This document shows positions 49,865 to 59,099 of a stretch of DNA of 64,000 bases, in pieces. Every line of letters starts with the position of its first letter. Position 1 is the first letter of the stretch. The position numbers were made by a program, and so were the translations under genes. The stretch spans positions 124,001-188,000 of the IMG/VR virus record IMGVR_UViG_3300009370_001221. One strand, written 5' to 3'. The notes below the pieces were generated by a model that saw nothing but the letters and a program-made list of their open reading frames with translations, was not told the origin of the DNA and made no database searches.

Positions 49865-50744
49865 TAGTTTCACGTTTGGTAGTGAATTGTCAGATGATTG
49901 TGGCACGATGCACGTGCCGGTAGTCACCAGCACACCCTATCATCGACCAACTCAACCTATAAGGCTAGGGCCATTCGCAGCTGCAAGTAAACATTCTTGG
50001 GCCAATTTAACAGCAAATAAATTAAATGCAAAACATATTAACACGGGAGAGAGTGGCCGTAGTAATTCCTATATTGTTAGGCATATTATTAATATAATAT
50101 ATGAAGCATTAGAACACAACTATAAACCTGACGAAATATTTGTTCAAGTAATGTGGACATTTGTGGCAAGACAAGAAATTGCTGTAAATTTTGACATAAA
50201 AAGGTATGATAGTCCGTGGTTTGCTGTAGATCCTTATGTATGTGAGGATGAGACTAAATCAAATTGGTTTAAAAAAGTATCCAAAAGTGTGCCAAATTGG
50301 CAAGAAGTACATGATGATATGCATAAGCGATATTTAATAAACAAAGATTTAGGGTTAGTAGACTATGCAAAATCATATTATACAGTTGTAAGTGATTTGC
50401 ATGACAAATATACATCACTACAGAAAATTTTAATGCTACAAGACTTTTTAGAGAGTAGAAATGTTAAATATATGTTTACATATGTCAATGAACATGTAAT
50501 GAAAGGCCTTATTAGTATAGATAAGTTTACTAATGGCTTACATAGTTTTATAAAATTTGATGAGTGGTTTAAATTTCCCGGCGATAAAGAGTTTATGGGG
50601 TTCGATGATTGGGCAAAAGCAAATGGTTATCCATATGCTACGTCACATCCACTTGAACAGGCACATAAAGATGCCGCGGAACTGTTATATGAAAAAGCCA
50701 AACAAATTATCACAGGAAGCGTGGGGCCAATACCCGGAGAGTGA
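49836..50744 (+). CDS. SGNH/GDSL-like protein (#2, tandem paralogue of #1)
   Basis: SGGDSFTFGSEL, GRSN, SHPLEQAH. Shares FVQVMWT with #1. Confidence 0.65.
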   Translation: MITLVISGGDSFTFGSELSDDCGTMHVPVVTSTPYHRPTQPIRLGPFAAASKHSWANLTANKLNAKHINTGESGRSNSYIVRHIINIIYEALEHNYKPDEIFVQVMWTFVARQEIAVNFDIKRYDSPWFAVDPYVCEDETKSNWFKKVSKSVPNWQEVHDDMHKRYLINKDLGLVDYAKSYYTVVSDLHDKYTSLQKILMLQDFLESRNVKYMFTYVNEHVMKGLISIDKFTNGLHSFIKFDEWFKFPGDKEFMGFDDWAKANGYPYATSHPLEQAHKDAAELLYEKAKQIITGSVGPIPGE

Positions 50745-50745
50745 T

Positions 50746-50895
50746 GTGCAAGAAAAATTAAAAAGTTTAATAGTACACAAACCTAGTAAAGGTTATCGTT
50801 GGTTACGGGATAAGATACTTACTATTAAACGAGAACTTAAATATCGTAAACGTTTAAAAGAATTGAAAAAGAAAGATCCATTTATATATAAATGA
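50746..50895 (+). CDS. Small basic hypothetical protein (49 aa)
   Basis: GTG start with GGAG 6 nt upstream, ends LKELKKKDPFIYK, ATGA overlap with next gene. The longer track ORF 50557 overlaps SGNH #2. Confidence 0.5.
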   Translation: MQEKLKSLIVHKPSKGYRWLRDKILTIKRELKYRKRLKELKKKDPFIYK

Positions 50896-51134
50896 ACATA
50901 TTAGATTTACACGGTTATAACTTACAAGATGCATACAACGAAACATTAAGTTTTCTCAGAGATATGCACAAAGACAAAGAGAAAAAAGTAAAAGTTATTA
51001 CTGGTAAAGGAGCAATTGCAAAAGAATTCCCTTTTTGGATAGAAAAAAGTTCTTATATAAAAAGGTTTGAACCAACAAATGATGGAGGTTGTTGGTACAT
51101 CACTATGGCTGATCAATACCGACCAACAATGTAA
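50892..51134 (+). CDS. Stand-alone Smr domain protein
   Basis: LDLHG...A...FL...VKVITGKG Smr signature in 80 aa. Confidence 0.8.
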   Translation: MNILDLHGYNLQDAYNETLSFLRDMHKDKEKKVKVITGKGAIAKEFPFWIEKSSYIKRFEPTNDGGCWYITMADQYRPTM

Positions 51135-51721
51135 TGATTTTTACCAATGGTGATAGTTTTACTTACGGAGATGAATTAGATAAACCGTATAGCGAAGCAT
51201 GGCCGTATATTTTATCACAGATGCTTAATTTAGACGTAGTAAATTTTGGTGAAAATGGTAAAGATAATGCTGGTATAGTACAAACAACAAAAGATTATTG
51301 GTCTATTACTGGTAGTTTTTCTGAAGCCTTCCCGCCTACAATTTGGATTATACAGTGGTCAACATTCAGACGATTTAACGACAACCCCCCAATAGATGTA
51401 ATATTACAAAAATTAGACAAGCAATATTTGCTTGATTTATACTTTGTACATGTAAGAGACTTACAAGATTGGTTTGAAGAGCATAATTTTTCTTATATAA
51501 TGTTTAATGGTTTTGATAATGAAAAATACATAAGTGATAGTGATTCAGAGTTTAAGCAACTAGTTGACGATAAGTATTTTATAGGCTGGCCAGATGAAGC
51601 AGTAGTAAATTGGGTATATGAATATGAACATGGTCCTAGAGGCCACCCAAGAGCAGAAGGCCATAGAAGAATAGCGGAAATACTCTATGAAAATATTAGG
51701 AGTAAGTTGCGGTTTCCATGA
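51134..51721 (+). CDS. SGNH/GDSL-like protein (#3)
   Basis: TNGDSFTYGDEL, GKDN, GHPRAEGHRRIA. Confidence 0.7.
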   Translation: MIFTNGDSFTYGDELDKPYSEAWPYILSQMLNLDVVNFGENGKDNAGIVQTTKDYWSITGSFSEAFPPTIWIIQWSTFRRFNDNPPIDVILQKLDKQYLLDLYFVHVRDLQDWFEEHNFSYIMFNGFDNEKYISDSDSEFKQLVDDKYFIGWPDEAVVNWVYEYEHGPRGHPRAEGHRRIAEILYENIRSKLRFP

Positions 51722-53288
51722 TGCGGCAATTAGTTTAATAGATGACGGTGAAATATTGTTCGCTGGACACGCAGAACGTTATAGCAAAGTAAAACACGAT
51801 AAAGAATTAAACAGCAAGTTACTTAACAACGCATTAGATTATGGTTACCCCGATTTTGTCTCATACTATGAAAATCCGTGGCTTAAGAAAACTAGACAGT
51901 TGTATTCCGGGCAATGGAAAGACTTGTTTACAGAGTTTAGCATTAAAAAGAAAATAGCATACAACACAGGGTTTAGATGGAACAAAACTAGTTTTAATTA
52001 TCATAATCATCACCACAGCCACGCCGCCGCAGGCTTCCAAACAAGTCCTTTTAATGATGCCACTGTAGTAGTAATAGATGCTATTGGAGAATGGGATTGT
52101 ATTACGTTATGGAATGCATATTATGATGGTAATGGCCAAGCCTGCTATGAAAGAATTTGGGGAGCAAAGTATCCTAATAGTGTAGGACTGTTTTACAGTG
52201 CGATGACGCAAAAAGTTGGCTTGCGGCCGTTAGATGAAGAGTATATTTTAATGGGTATGGCAGCATATGGAGAGCCAATTTATAATAGAGAAATACTAGA
52301 TAAGTTTTGGAAAATTGGCGGTCCGAAAATACTTCGTGCAAGAGAAAACTTACATTTAGGCACTGATTGGCACAGTGGCCCGCCATGGACGTCACAAGAT
52401 GACGATATGGTAGAACAAGACCAATACGATATAGCCGCTTCTGCTCAAGTTGCACTAGAACAAGTTGTAACATACATAATGAATTTTGCACGGCGTATTG
52501 GCAAGTCTCCTAATTTAGTTTACATGGGAGGTGTTGCGTTAAATTGCGTTTGTAATACTAATATTTCCCGCATTTGGGAGGATGTTTGGATTATGCCCAA
52601 TCCTGGTGATGCTGGCAGTAGTTTAGGCGCGGCCGCCCTAACATATGGTAAGAAACTAAACTGGCGAGGGCCGTTCCTGGGGTATGATATAAAAGGTGAA
52701 TACCCAGATGGAGAAATTATAAAAGAATTAATGTCCTCACGTCAAATTGTGGGCGTTGCCAACGGTAGAGCGGAGTTTGGTCCAAGGGCACTAGGCAATA
52801 GGACATTGTTTGCTGATCCACGCGGGCCAGACATTAAAGATAAAGTAAATGAGATAAAGCGTCGGCAAAAGTTTAGGCCGTTTGCTCCAATGATACTCGA
52901 AGAGAGATCAGAAGAGTACTTTGAAATGCCACTAGTAACTACACCAGCACATCCTTCTACACGCCCTTCTTTTTCCGTACATAAGTCAGGTCAACCGCAT
53001 CATTTTACAATGACACACATTCCAAGTCCGTTTATGCAGTATGTAGGACGGTGTAGACAGCCAGATAAGTTTCCGGCGATTGTACATAAGGATGGCACAA
53101 GCAGAGTGCAGACGGTAGGGCCAAATGATAATCCTAATGTACGTAAATTGCTTAAGATGTGGGAATATTATACAGGTTGTCCAATGTTGTTAAATACTAG
53201 TTTAAACATTAGAGGCGAGCCAATGGTAAATGACATTGAAGACGCCAAGCGTTTTACTGAACTATATGGTGTAAAAGTATGCACATAA
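51687..53288 (+). CDS. Carbamoyltransferase (NodU/CmcH/TobZ family)
   Basis: ILGVSCGFHDAA, HHHSHAAA, VIDAIGE, MGMAAYG, GGVALNC, PGDAGSSLGAA, EFGPRALGNR, FRPFAP, HKDGTSRVQTV, LLNTSLN. Confidence 0.93.
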   Translation: MKILGVSCGFHDAAISLIDDGEILFAGHAERYSKVKHDKELNSKLLNNALDYGYPDFVSYYENPWLKKTRQLYSGQWKDLFTEFSIKKKIAYNTGFRWNKTSFNYHNHHHSHAAAGFQTSPFNDATVVVIDAIGEWDCITLWNAYYDGNGQACYERIWGAKYPNSVGLFYSAMTQKVGLRPLDEEYILMGMAAYGEPIYNREILDKFWKIGGPKILRARENLHLGTDWHSGPPWTSQDDDMVEQDQYDIAASAQVALEQVVTYIMNFARRIGKSPNLVYMGGVALNCVCNTNISRIWEDVWIMPNPGDAGSSLGAAALTYGKKLNWRGPFLGYDIKGEYPDGEIIKELMSSRQIVGVANGRAEFGPRALGNRTLFADPRGPDIKDKVNEIKRRQKFRPFAPMILEERSEEYFEMPLVTTPAHPSTRPSFSVHKSGQPHHFTMTHIPSPFMQYVGRCRQPDKFPAIVHKDGTSRVQTVGPNDNPNVRKLLKMWEYYTGCPMLLNTSLNIRGEPMVNDIEDAKRFTELYGVKVCT

Positions 53289-53331
53289 AAATTTCGCCAC
53301 ACCAGGTAGTTTATTTGGGTGTGACTCGGCC
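53287..53331 (-). repeat. 45-bp element, copy B (inverted relative to 39023-39067)
   Basis: Minus strand GGCCGAGTCACACCCA-AATAAACT-ACCTGGT-G-TGGCGAAATTTTT. Fills the whole gap from the carbamoyltransferase stop to the next ATG. Confidence 0.9.
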
Positions 53332-54021
53332 ATGACCTCCATTGCATTTTGTGGTGATAGTTTTTGTAAAATATATGACGAACAACCATATCTGGGATGG
53401 CCAAATTTATTATGGCACCATTATGATGCTAACATTGTATGTGACGGTATGGCCGGCTGTGCTTTAATTCATTCGTATGAAAAGCTTTTACCAGTGGTAG
53501 ATAAAGCAGATTATGTAATATTTTGTATTACAGATCCTGCTAGGTTACCAAATAGAGAAGCATTGCCAATGTTTTACAATCCAAGGCCCTGGATTGGATG
53601 CTCCGGGGACCGCGGCCCACCTTCTACAATCGAACAATCCGCTCTTAAATATTATAAACATATTTTTTATGAAGAATATCATAACATGGCACAAAAAGGT
53701 ATATTAATGCAAATAGATGAATTAATGGTTCAAAAACAAAAAAAATGTATTTGGTTTCCTTGTTTTGAAAATAGTATGCAAGAATATATACCACAAAGTG
53801 GACCAATTGCTGATATTAGCTTAGGAGAAATTAGCTTCAATGAATATAAAAATAAAGGTTTTTCTAAGAAAAAATACAGTGATGTAAAAATAGAAGATGA
53901 TAGAATATGTCATTTGAGTGAAGAAAATAATATTAAGATGGCTAATTTAATTATTGATATAATTAAAAATGATAATTTTAATCCTAAAGAAATAAAACTG
54001 GGAGATTATTTTAATGGCTAA
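53332..54021 (+). CDS. SGNH/GDSL-like protein (#4, divergent)
   Basis: AFCGDSFC, C-terminal CHLSEENNIKMA. Confidence 0.55.
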   Translation: MTSIAFCGDSFCKIYDEQPYLGWPNLLWHHYDANIVCDGMAGCALIHSYEKLLPVVDKADYVIFCITDPARLPNREALPMFYNPRPWIGCSGDRGPPSTIEQSALKYYKHIFYEEYHNMAQKGILMQIDELMVQKQKKCIWFPCFENSMQEYIPQSGPIADISLGEISFNEYKNKGFSKKKYSDVKIEDDRICHLSEENNIKMANLIIDIIKNDNFNPKEIKLGDYFNG

Positions 54022-54706
54022 AAACGGAAAGAGTGATGTTAGTAAACATGATTTTGAAAAACTAGCAAATAGTAAGAAAAGTAAAGACAGAACACCATTC
54101 CCTGCAGGGAAGGTTCCTGAACGTGAATCAGAAGATACTATAGTTATCTATGGTGCTAAACGTGCTGGTAATCATTACTTACAGAGTTATTTTCATTCAA
54201 TTGGTGAGAAGTGTGAGTTTAGGCATGAAGCAGCTCATGCTAAAAAGTTATTTTTAACAAAAGGCAAACAGTTAATTATACTTGTACGTAATCCAGAAGA
54301 CCAGATAATATCTAATACCTATAGTATGTTTAATGCTGATAAAGATGGGTATGGTGTTGGTACAAAAGATCGACCATTAAAAGATTTATCTGCCCAGGCT
54401 ATACCTTATCAAGTAGTAGGACAAGCATGTGAATATTTAAAAAAATTCACAGACACTATGATTACATTAACTATGTCATATCCATTTCAATTCGTATTGT
54501 ATGATACCATAATACAGAATAAATTAAATAGTATATACACGCAACGTGATCCACAGTACTATAAAGATTATATATTAAATTACGACGATATTTTAATAAT
54601 GTTAGCAAATAGCGATATTTGTGAATATTGTTTAACACATTGGCGTGCTTATAACTTACAACAAACTGTCTACTATCCAGAATTAGCAAATGTTAATAAA
54701 TCGTAA
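54014..54706 (+). CDS. Sulfotransferase-like P-loop protein
   Basis: YGAKRAGNHYL (5'-PSB-like) and LVRNPEDQIIS (3'-PB-like). Confidence 0.55.
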   Translation: MAKNGKSDVSKHDFEKLANSKKSKDRTPFPAGKVPERESEDTIVIYGAKRAGNHYLQSYFHSIGEKCEFRHEAAHAKKLFLTKGKQLIILVRNPEDQIISNTYSMFNADKDGYGVGTKDRPLKDLSAQAIPYQVVGQACEYLKKFTDTMITLTMSYPFQFVLYDTIIQNKLNSIYTQRDPQYYKDYILNYDDILIMLANSDICEYCLTHWRAYNLQQTVYYPELANVNKS

Positions 54707-55871
54707 AATTCTCTCAAATACTACGGCAACTAAATTCCAAGTAAGAAGAAAATATAGAGAACGTAAAGGTCCTTTATTAGAAAAAGATTATACATGTTGG
54801 TATCCACATCGTAGTCTAACAATTGATCAACTAGGAGAATGTTATATATGTACATGTGAAGCATGGTTACCTTATTCTGTTGGAAATATTTTAGAATTCG
54901 ATGATCTTACCGACATTTGGACTAATAATATTGCTAGAAAACTCCAAAACAATACTAAAACCGGCACAACATTTAAATTTTGTGATACTTCAATTTGTAA
55001 TCCGTGGTCAAAATCGTATCAACAAGCAAGAGCGTTACCATATCAAATTGCAATTTGTACAGATGATAGTTGTAATTTGCGATGCCCTAGTTGTCGTACT
55101 GATCTGATTCATTTTAATAAAGGTCCAATATACGAAAAAAGAAAATTATATACTGATAGAATTACATCGTTAATGAAAGACTTTGATCTACCTGTTTCGT
55201 GTGCTTTGGGTGGTAGTGGAGAGATTTTTAGTTCTAAAATTTTGTCTGATGTTTTGTATAATTATGAGCCAAATGATAAACATCGATTTAAAATTAAAAC
55301 TAATGGAACTCTTATAGATAACCGAGTTAAAGATAGTCCAATTATGCAAAAACTTTCAGAATTTACAATCAGTATTGATGCTGGGAGCAAATCAGTATAT
55401 GATGTTGTAAGACCTCCGGCTAACTGGAATAAATTAAGATCAAATTTAGATTTTTTAAGGGAAAATAATTTTCAATTATCTTTTAATTTTGTCCTCCAAA
55501 AAGCCAATTTATATGATGTAATTAATTTTGCAGATTTATGTGAGCATTATGGTGCTATAGGACACTATGAAGGTATAAATGATTGGGGTACATGGAATTA
55601 CGAAACTTATTTAAAACAAAGAATCCATCAACCTGAAGATGAATTATATTCCGAGTGGAATAAAATTAAAGAACAACTTCTTCAGCATTCATGGAGAGAT
55701 TATTTAATATTTGCTTCTAATATTGATACAGAAAACCAATTTACATATGAGAGATTATATTCCAAACACCCAAACAAGAATTATTTACCGCTAGGATACA
55801 ATGAAAATGATGGGACATACCACAGTGAAAGACATCCGATGCTAGGTCTTAAATGGACATTAGATAATTAA
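54690..55871 (+). CDS. Radical SAM protein with N-terminal SPASM-like domain (#8)
   Basis: CWYPHRSLTIDQLGECYICTC, CNLRCPSC, GGSGE. Confidence 0.88.
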   Translation: MLINRKILSNTTATKFQVRRKYRERKGPLLEKDYTCWYPHRSLTIDQLGECYICTCEAWLPYSVGNILEFDDLTDIWTNNIARKLQNNTKTGTTFKFCDTSICNPWSKSYQQARALPYQIAICTDDSCNLRCPSCRTDLIHFNKGPIYEKRKLYTDRITSLMKDFDLPVSCALGGSGEIFSSKILSDVLYNYEPNDKHRFKIKTNGTLIDNRVKDSPIMQKLSEFTISIDAGSKSVYDVVRPPANWNKLRSNLDFLRENNFQLSFNFVLQKANLYDVINFADLCEHYGAIGHYEGINDWGTWNYETYLKQRIHQPEDELYSEWNKIKEQLLQHSWRDYLIFASNIDTENQFTYERLYSKHPNKNYLPLGYNENDGTYHSERHPMLGLKWTLDN

Positions 55872-55877
55872 TTAGTT

Positions 55878-58800
55878 ATGTACGACAAAATATATAGGAA
55901 AGATTATGATATTCAACAGGCGTCCGAAAGATGTAAAACGAGACATTATTGGTACATTGATAATGGGGTTGATTGTAGTGATTTTGATTTTAATTGGACT
56001 CCTGTTCCATGGGAATCTAGATTTACTCACGTATTCCCTAGTAAATGGCAACGTGACGGAGGTATTAGGTTAGTAAACAAAGACTATCCTAATGGCGATG
56101 TTAAATTTAATAAAGAAAAGCAAGTTAGTAGAGTTCCCATTAAAGATAAATGGGTACTTGATCCTGATACTGATTATATCCATTTTGATTTTAGCTGGCA
56201 TCCAGATACATTTACAGGGGTATATACTTATGTCTTCCCATCACAGTGGCAACGTGATGGAGGTACTAGGTATGTAATAGAGCCTGACGCTCCTATTAAA
56301 TACGTATCTGATCAAGTAACAGTAAGAATACCAAATAAGGATAATTGGAGGCTGAACAAATATACTGACTATACTAATTTCGACTTTAGTTGGCATCCAG
56401 ATTTATCGCAAGGCGTGTATAATTATATATTCCCATCACAGTGGCAACGTGATGGCGGCACACAATATATGGTTGACCGGCTCGCTTTTCCTAAGTACGT
56501 ATCCGATCAAATAACAAAACGCATTAGTGATTTAAGATATTGGACAATACCAGATGATGTAGATACTGATGCGTTTGACTTTAGTTGGCATCCTGATCCA
56601 GCACATGGATCATGGACATACGTTTTTCCTTCATTATGGCAACGTAATAGTAGCGTAACGTATCGTATAATGCCAGACGCACCAAAAAAATATGTAAGTG
56701 ATCAAGTAATACGTCCACTACCTAATAAAAAAGATTGGATAATTCCTGACAATATAGATGAGGATAGTTTTGATTTTAGTTGGATGCCTGACCCAGATGA
56801 TCCTCCATACATATATGTTTTTGGCACACAATGGCAAAAGGATGGCGGCCCAATATATAAAGTAGAAGGTGCTACTGAAATATCTTACTGTACTGAACAA
56901 TATGCAAAAGCAGTACCGGGTAGAATGCGTCACTGGCATATAACACCAACAGGCACAGACTATAGTTCATTTGATTTTAGTTGGCATCCAGAAGAGGCAC
57001 AAAAAGACTATAAACACATATTTGGTACACAATGGCAAAGAACAAGTCCTATATATTACTATAGCGGAAGTGATCCTAACCCTAAAGTAAATTACGTAAG
57101 TGACCAACGTGTTACAATGAAAAGTAATGCGTTGCCACGTTACACAATAGAAACAACACTAGAAGATTTAATAGAATCACATCCTGAAGAACGCTTTTGG
57201 GCGTTAAATGCAGAGATGGATTATGACAAGTTTGATTTTAGTTGGCATCCTGATTTAAGTCAAATGGATTATGTCCATGTGTTTGGTTCTCAGTGGCAAA
57301 AGCATAGTCAAACATACTATGTTAATGCTCCTGCTTATTTGAAAGGTAATACCCACTTAAATTTTGTGGGTGATCAAAAGGTAGTAGCGAATAGTACTCT
57401 AGATATATTTTATATGGACAGAGGTGGTGAAGGAAGTAAGGAACGCTTCAATTCACTGGCTCTGAGACACTCTCAGACGCTCAAGACACGCTACTTTGGT
57501 AATACTCGCGATACTTTACTGCGTTGTGCTAAAAAATGCAAGACAAAGCGTTTTTGGGCGGTGTCAAGTGAGAATAGTTATGGTGATTTTAATTTTGACT
57601 GGCATTGTGAGCCATGGCAAAATGGTATGCTCCATGTGTTTGGTTCAAAATGGAATAAATGGAGTAATACGTTCCTTGTAAATGCTGATGACTTTATTCG
57701 TACGTTTGATTGGGCAGATAAAATAGAGGATGTGTATAATTTAAACTTCGTAGAGGATCAACTAGTAACTACACTGGATGATTTAAACAATATTATATTT
57801 TTGGACTTTGGTAACAGTAATGCTGAAGAAGCATATGAAACTGTATACAGTAAGCACCCAAGAGTTAAACGTATACGCTTTTTTGACAACTATTTGGATA
57901 CATTTAAGAGAATAATGGCCAAAGCCGATACAGATTATTTTTGGGTCACTAGTAGCATATGCGATTATAGCCAATTTGACTTTAGTTGGCAACCGGAGCC
58001 GTGGCAGGACACAATGTTACACACATTCCAAAGCGGAGAACAGAAGTTTGGTGATACTTTCTATGTTAATAAGGCACATGCAGAGGAACAGTTAAAAGAT
58101 ATTAAGTTATTGGACTGGTATGACAAAGTAAACTATTGTAATGAGCAAATAGTAACAAGAACAGAGTGGCCTGAAGTAATATATGACACAGATTTAGTTA
58201 CTGCTATAAAAGAACACACATTTGAGTCACCTTATGTTGCTTTTAAACATAGATCAATGGCCGAATATAAAACAAATTACGACCCAAGTGTTTGGCGCTC
58301 AGAAGATCGCTCTTTACACGTACTTTCACAGAGTGGATCTGTGTCCGTAGTACCGAAAGACTGTAAAGAGCAAATTTCAAGGCAAGTTTATGACTATCCC
58401 TATATCTTGCGCCACGAAGGCATTTATATGCCCGATAAACCACAAGATATAGTGTTTATTTCATATGATGAAAAGAATGCCCAGGAAAACTATGAAGTGT
58501 TATTAAAATCCTTTCCATATGCTAAACGAGTTGATGGCGTAGAGGGTATGCTTAATGCTATGCAAGAAGCGGCACGTATATGTGAAACTCCATACTTTTA
58601 TGCTGTATTTGCTAAAACAGTATTGCATGAAAACTTTAAATTCAACTACCAACCCGATTGGTTATCTAATCCTAAAAACTATGTCTTTTATGCGTATAAT
58701 CCTGTGTTAGACTATAGTTATGGACACGGTAGTATTGTTATGTACGATGCAGAGTGGCTTAAGGATGTTACAGAGGCAGAATTAGATATAGATTTTACAA

Positions 58801-59099
58801 CTACACACGAAATAGAAGTAATACCTGAGGTAAGTTGTATAAACGTATTTGACAGTGAATATAGTGCGTGGCGCACAGCGTTTAGAGAAGCATATAAGTT
58901 ATGTGCCAGTAATACTGTAGAGGACAAGTATAGATTAAAGTTATGGACTACAAAAGACAATACAGAGTTTGGAGAGTATAGTAAGCAAGGTGCTTTATGT
59001 GGTGTAGAACATTACAGCAAAATACAAGATGATTTTAATATTACTGACTGGAAGTGGTTAAGGAAGCAATTTGATCTATGGTATTCGCGACCTGTATAG
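55878..59099 (+). CDS. 1073-aa protein with 9 DFSWHPD-type repeats and degenerate GT-A-like domains
   Basis: Repeats FDFSWHPD..Y..F.(S/T)QWQRDGG about every 65 aa. C-terminal FISYDE...RVDGVEG...AWRTAFRE is homologous to 34386-35312. Confidence 0.75.
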   Translation: MYDKIYRKDYDIQQASERCKTRHYWYIDNGVDCSDFDFNWTPVPWESRFTHVFPSKWQRDGGIRLVNKDYPNGDVKFNKEKQVSRVPIKDKWVLDPDTDYIHFDFSWHPDTFTGVYTYVFPSQWQRDGGTRYVIEPDAPIKYVSDQVTVRIPNKDNWRLNKYTDYTNFDFSWHPDLSQGVYNYIFPSQWQRDGGTQYMVDRLAFPKYVSDQITKRISDLRYWTIPDDVDTDAFDFSWHPDPAHGSWTYVFPSLWQRNSSVTYRIMPDAPKKYVSDQVIRPLPNKKDWIIPDNIDEDSFDFSWMPDPDDPPYIYVFGTQWQKDGGPIYKVEGATEISYCTEQYAKAVPGRMRHWHITPTGTDYSSFDFSWHPEEAQKDYKHIFGTQWQRTSPIYYYSGSDPNPKVNYVSDQRVTMKSNALPRYTIETTLEDLIESHPEERFWALNAEMDYDKFDFSWHPDLSQMDYVHVFGSQWQKHSQTYYVNAPAYLKGNTHLNFVGDQKVVANSTLDIFYMDRGGEGSKERFNSLALRHSQTLKTRYFGNTRDTLLRCAKKCKTKRFWAVSSENSYGDFNFDWHCEPWQNGMLHVFGSKWNKWSNTFLVNADDFIRTFDWADKIEDVYNLNFVEDQLVTTLDDLNNIIFLDFGNSNAEEAYETVYSKHPRVKRIRFFDNYLDTFKRIMAKADTDYFWVTSSICDYSQFDFSWQPEPWQDTMLHTFQSGEQKFGDTFYVNKAHAEEQLKDIKLLDWYDKVNYCNEQIVTRTEWPEVIYDTDLVTAIKEHTFESPYVAFKHRSMAEYKTNYDPSVWRSEDRSLHVLSQSGSVSVVPKDCKEQISRQVYDYPYILRHEGIYMPDKPQDIVFISYDEKNAQENYEVLLKSFPYAKRVDGVEGMLNAMQEAARICETPYFYAVFAKTVLHENFKFNYQPDWLSNPKNYVFYAYNPVLDYSYGHGSIVMYDAEWLKDVTEAELDIDFTTTHEIEVIPEVSCINVFDSEYSAWRTAFREAYKLCASNTVEDKYRLKLWTTKDNTEFGEYSKQGALCGVEHYSKIQDDFNITDWKWLRKQFDLWYSRPV

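Noticed and set aside
55878-58100. Possible CRISPR array or DGR template in the repeated ttttagttggcatcc motifs
   Set aside because: The repeats are in-frame protein repeats with synonymous variation. There is no constant spacer structure, no cas or reverse transcriptase gene, and no adenine-specific mismatch pattern.
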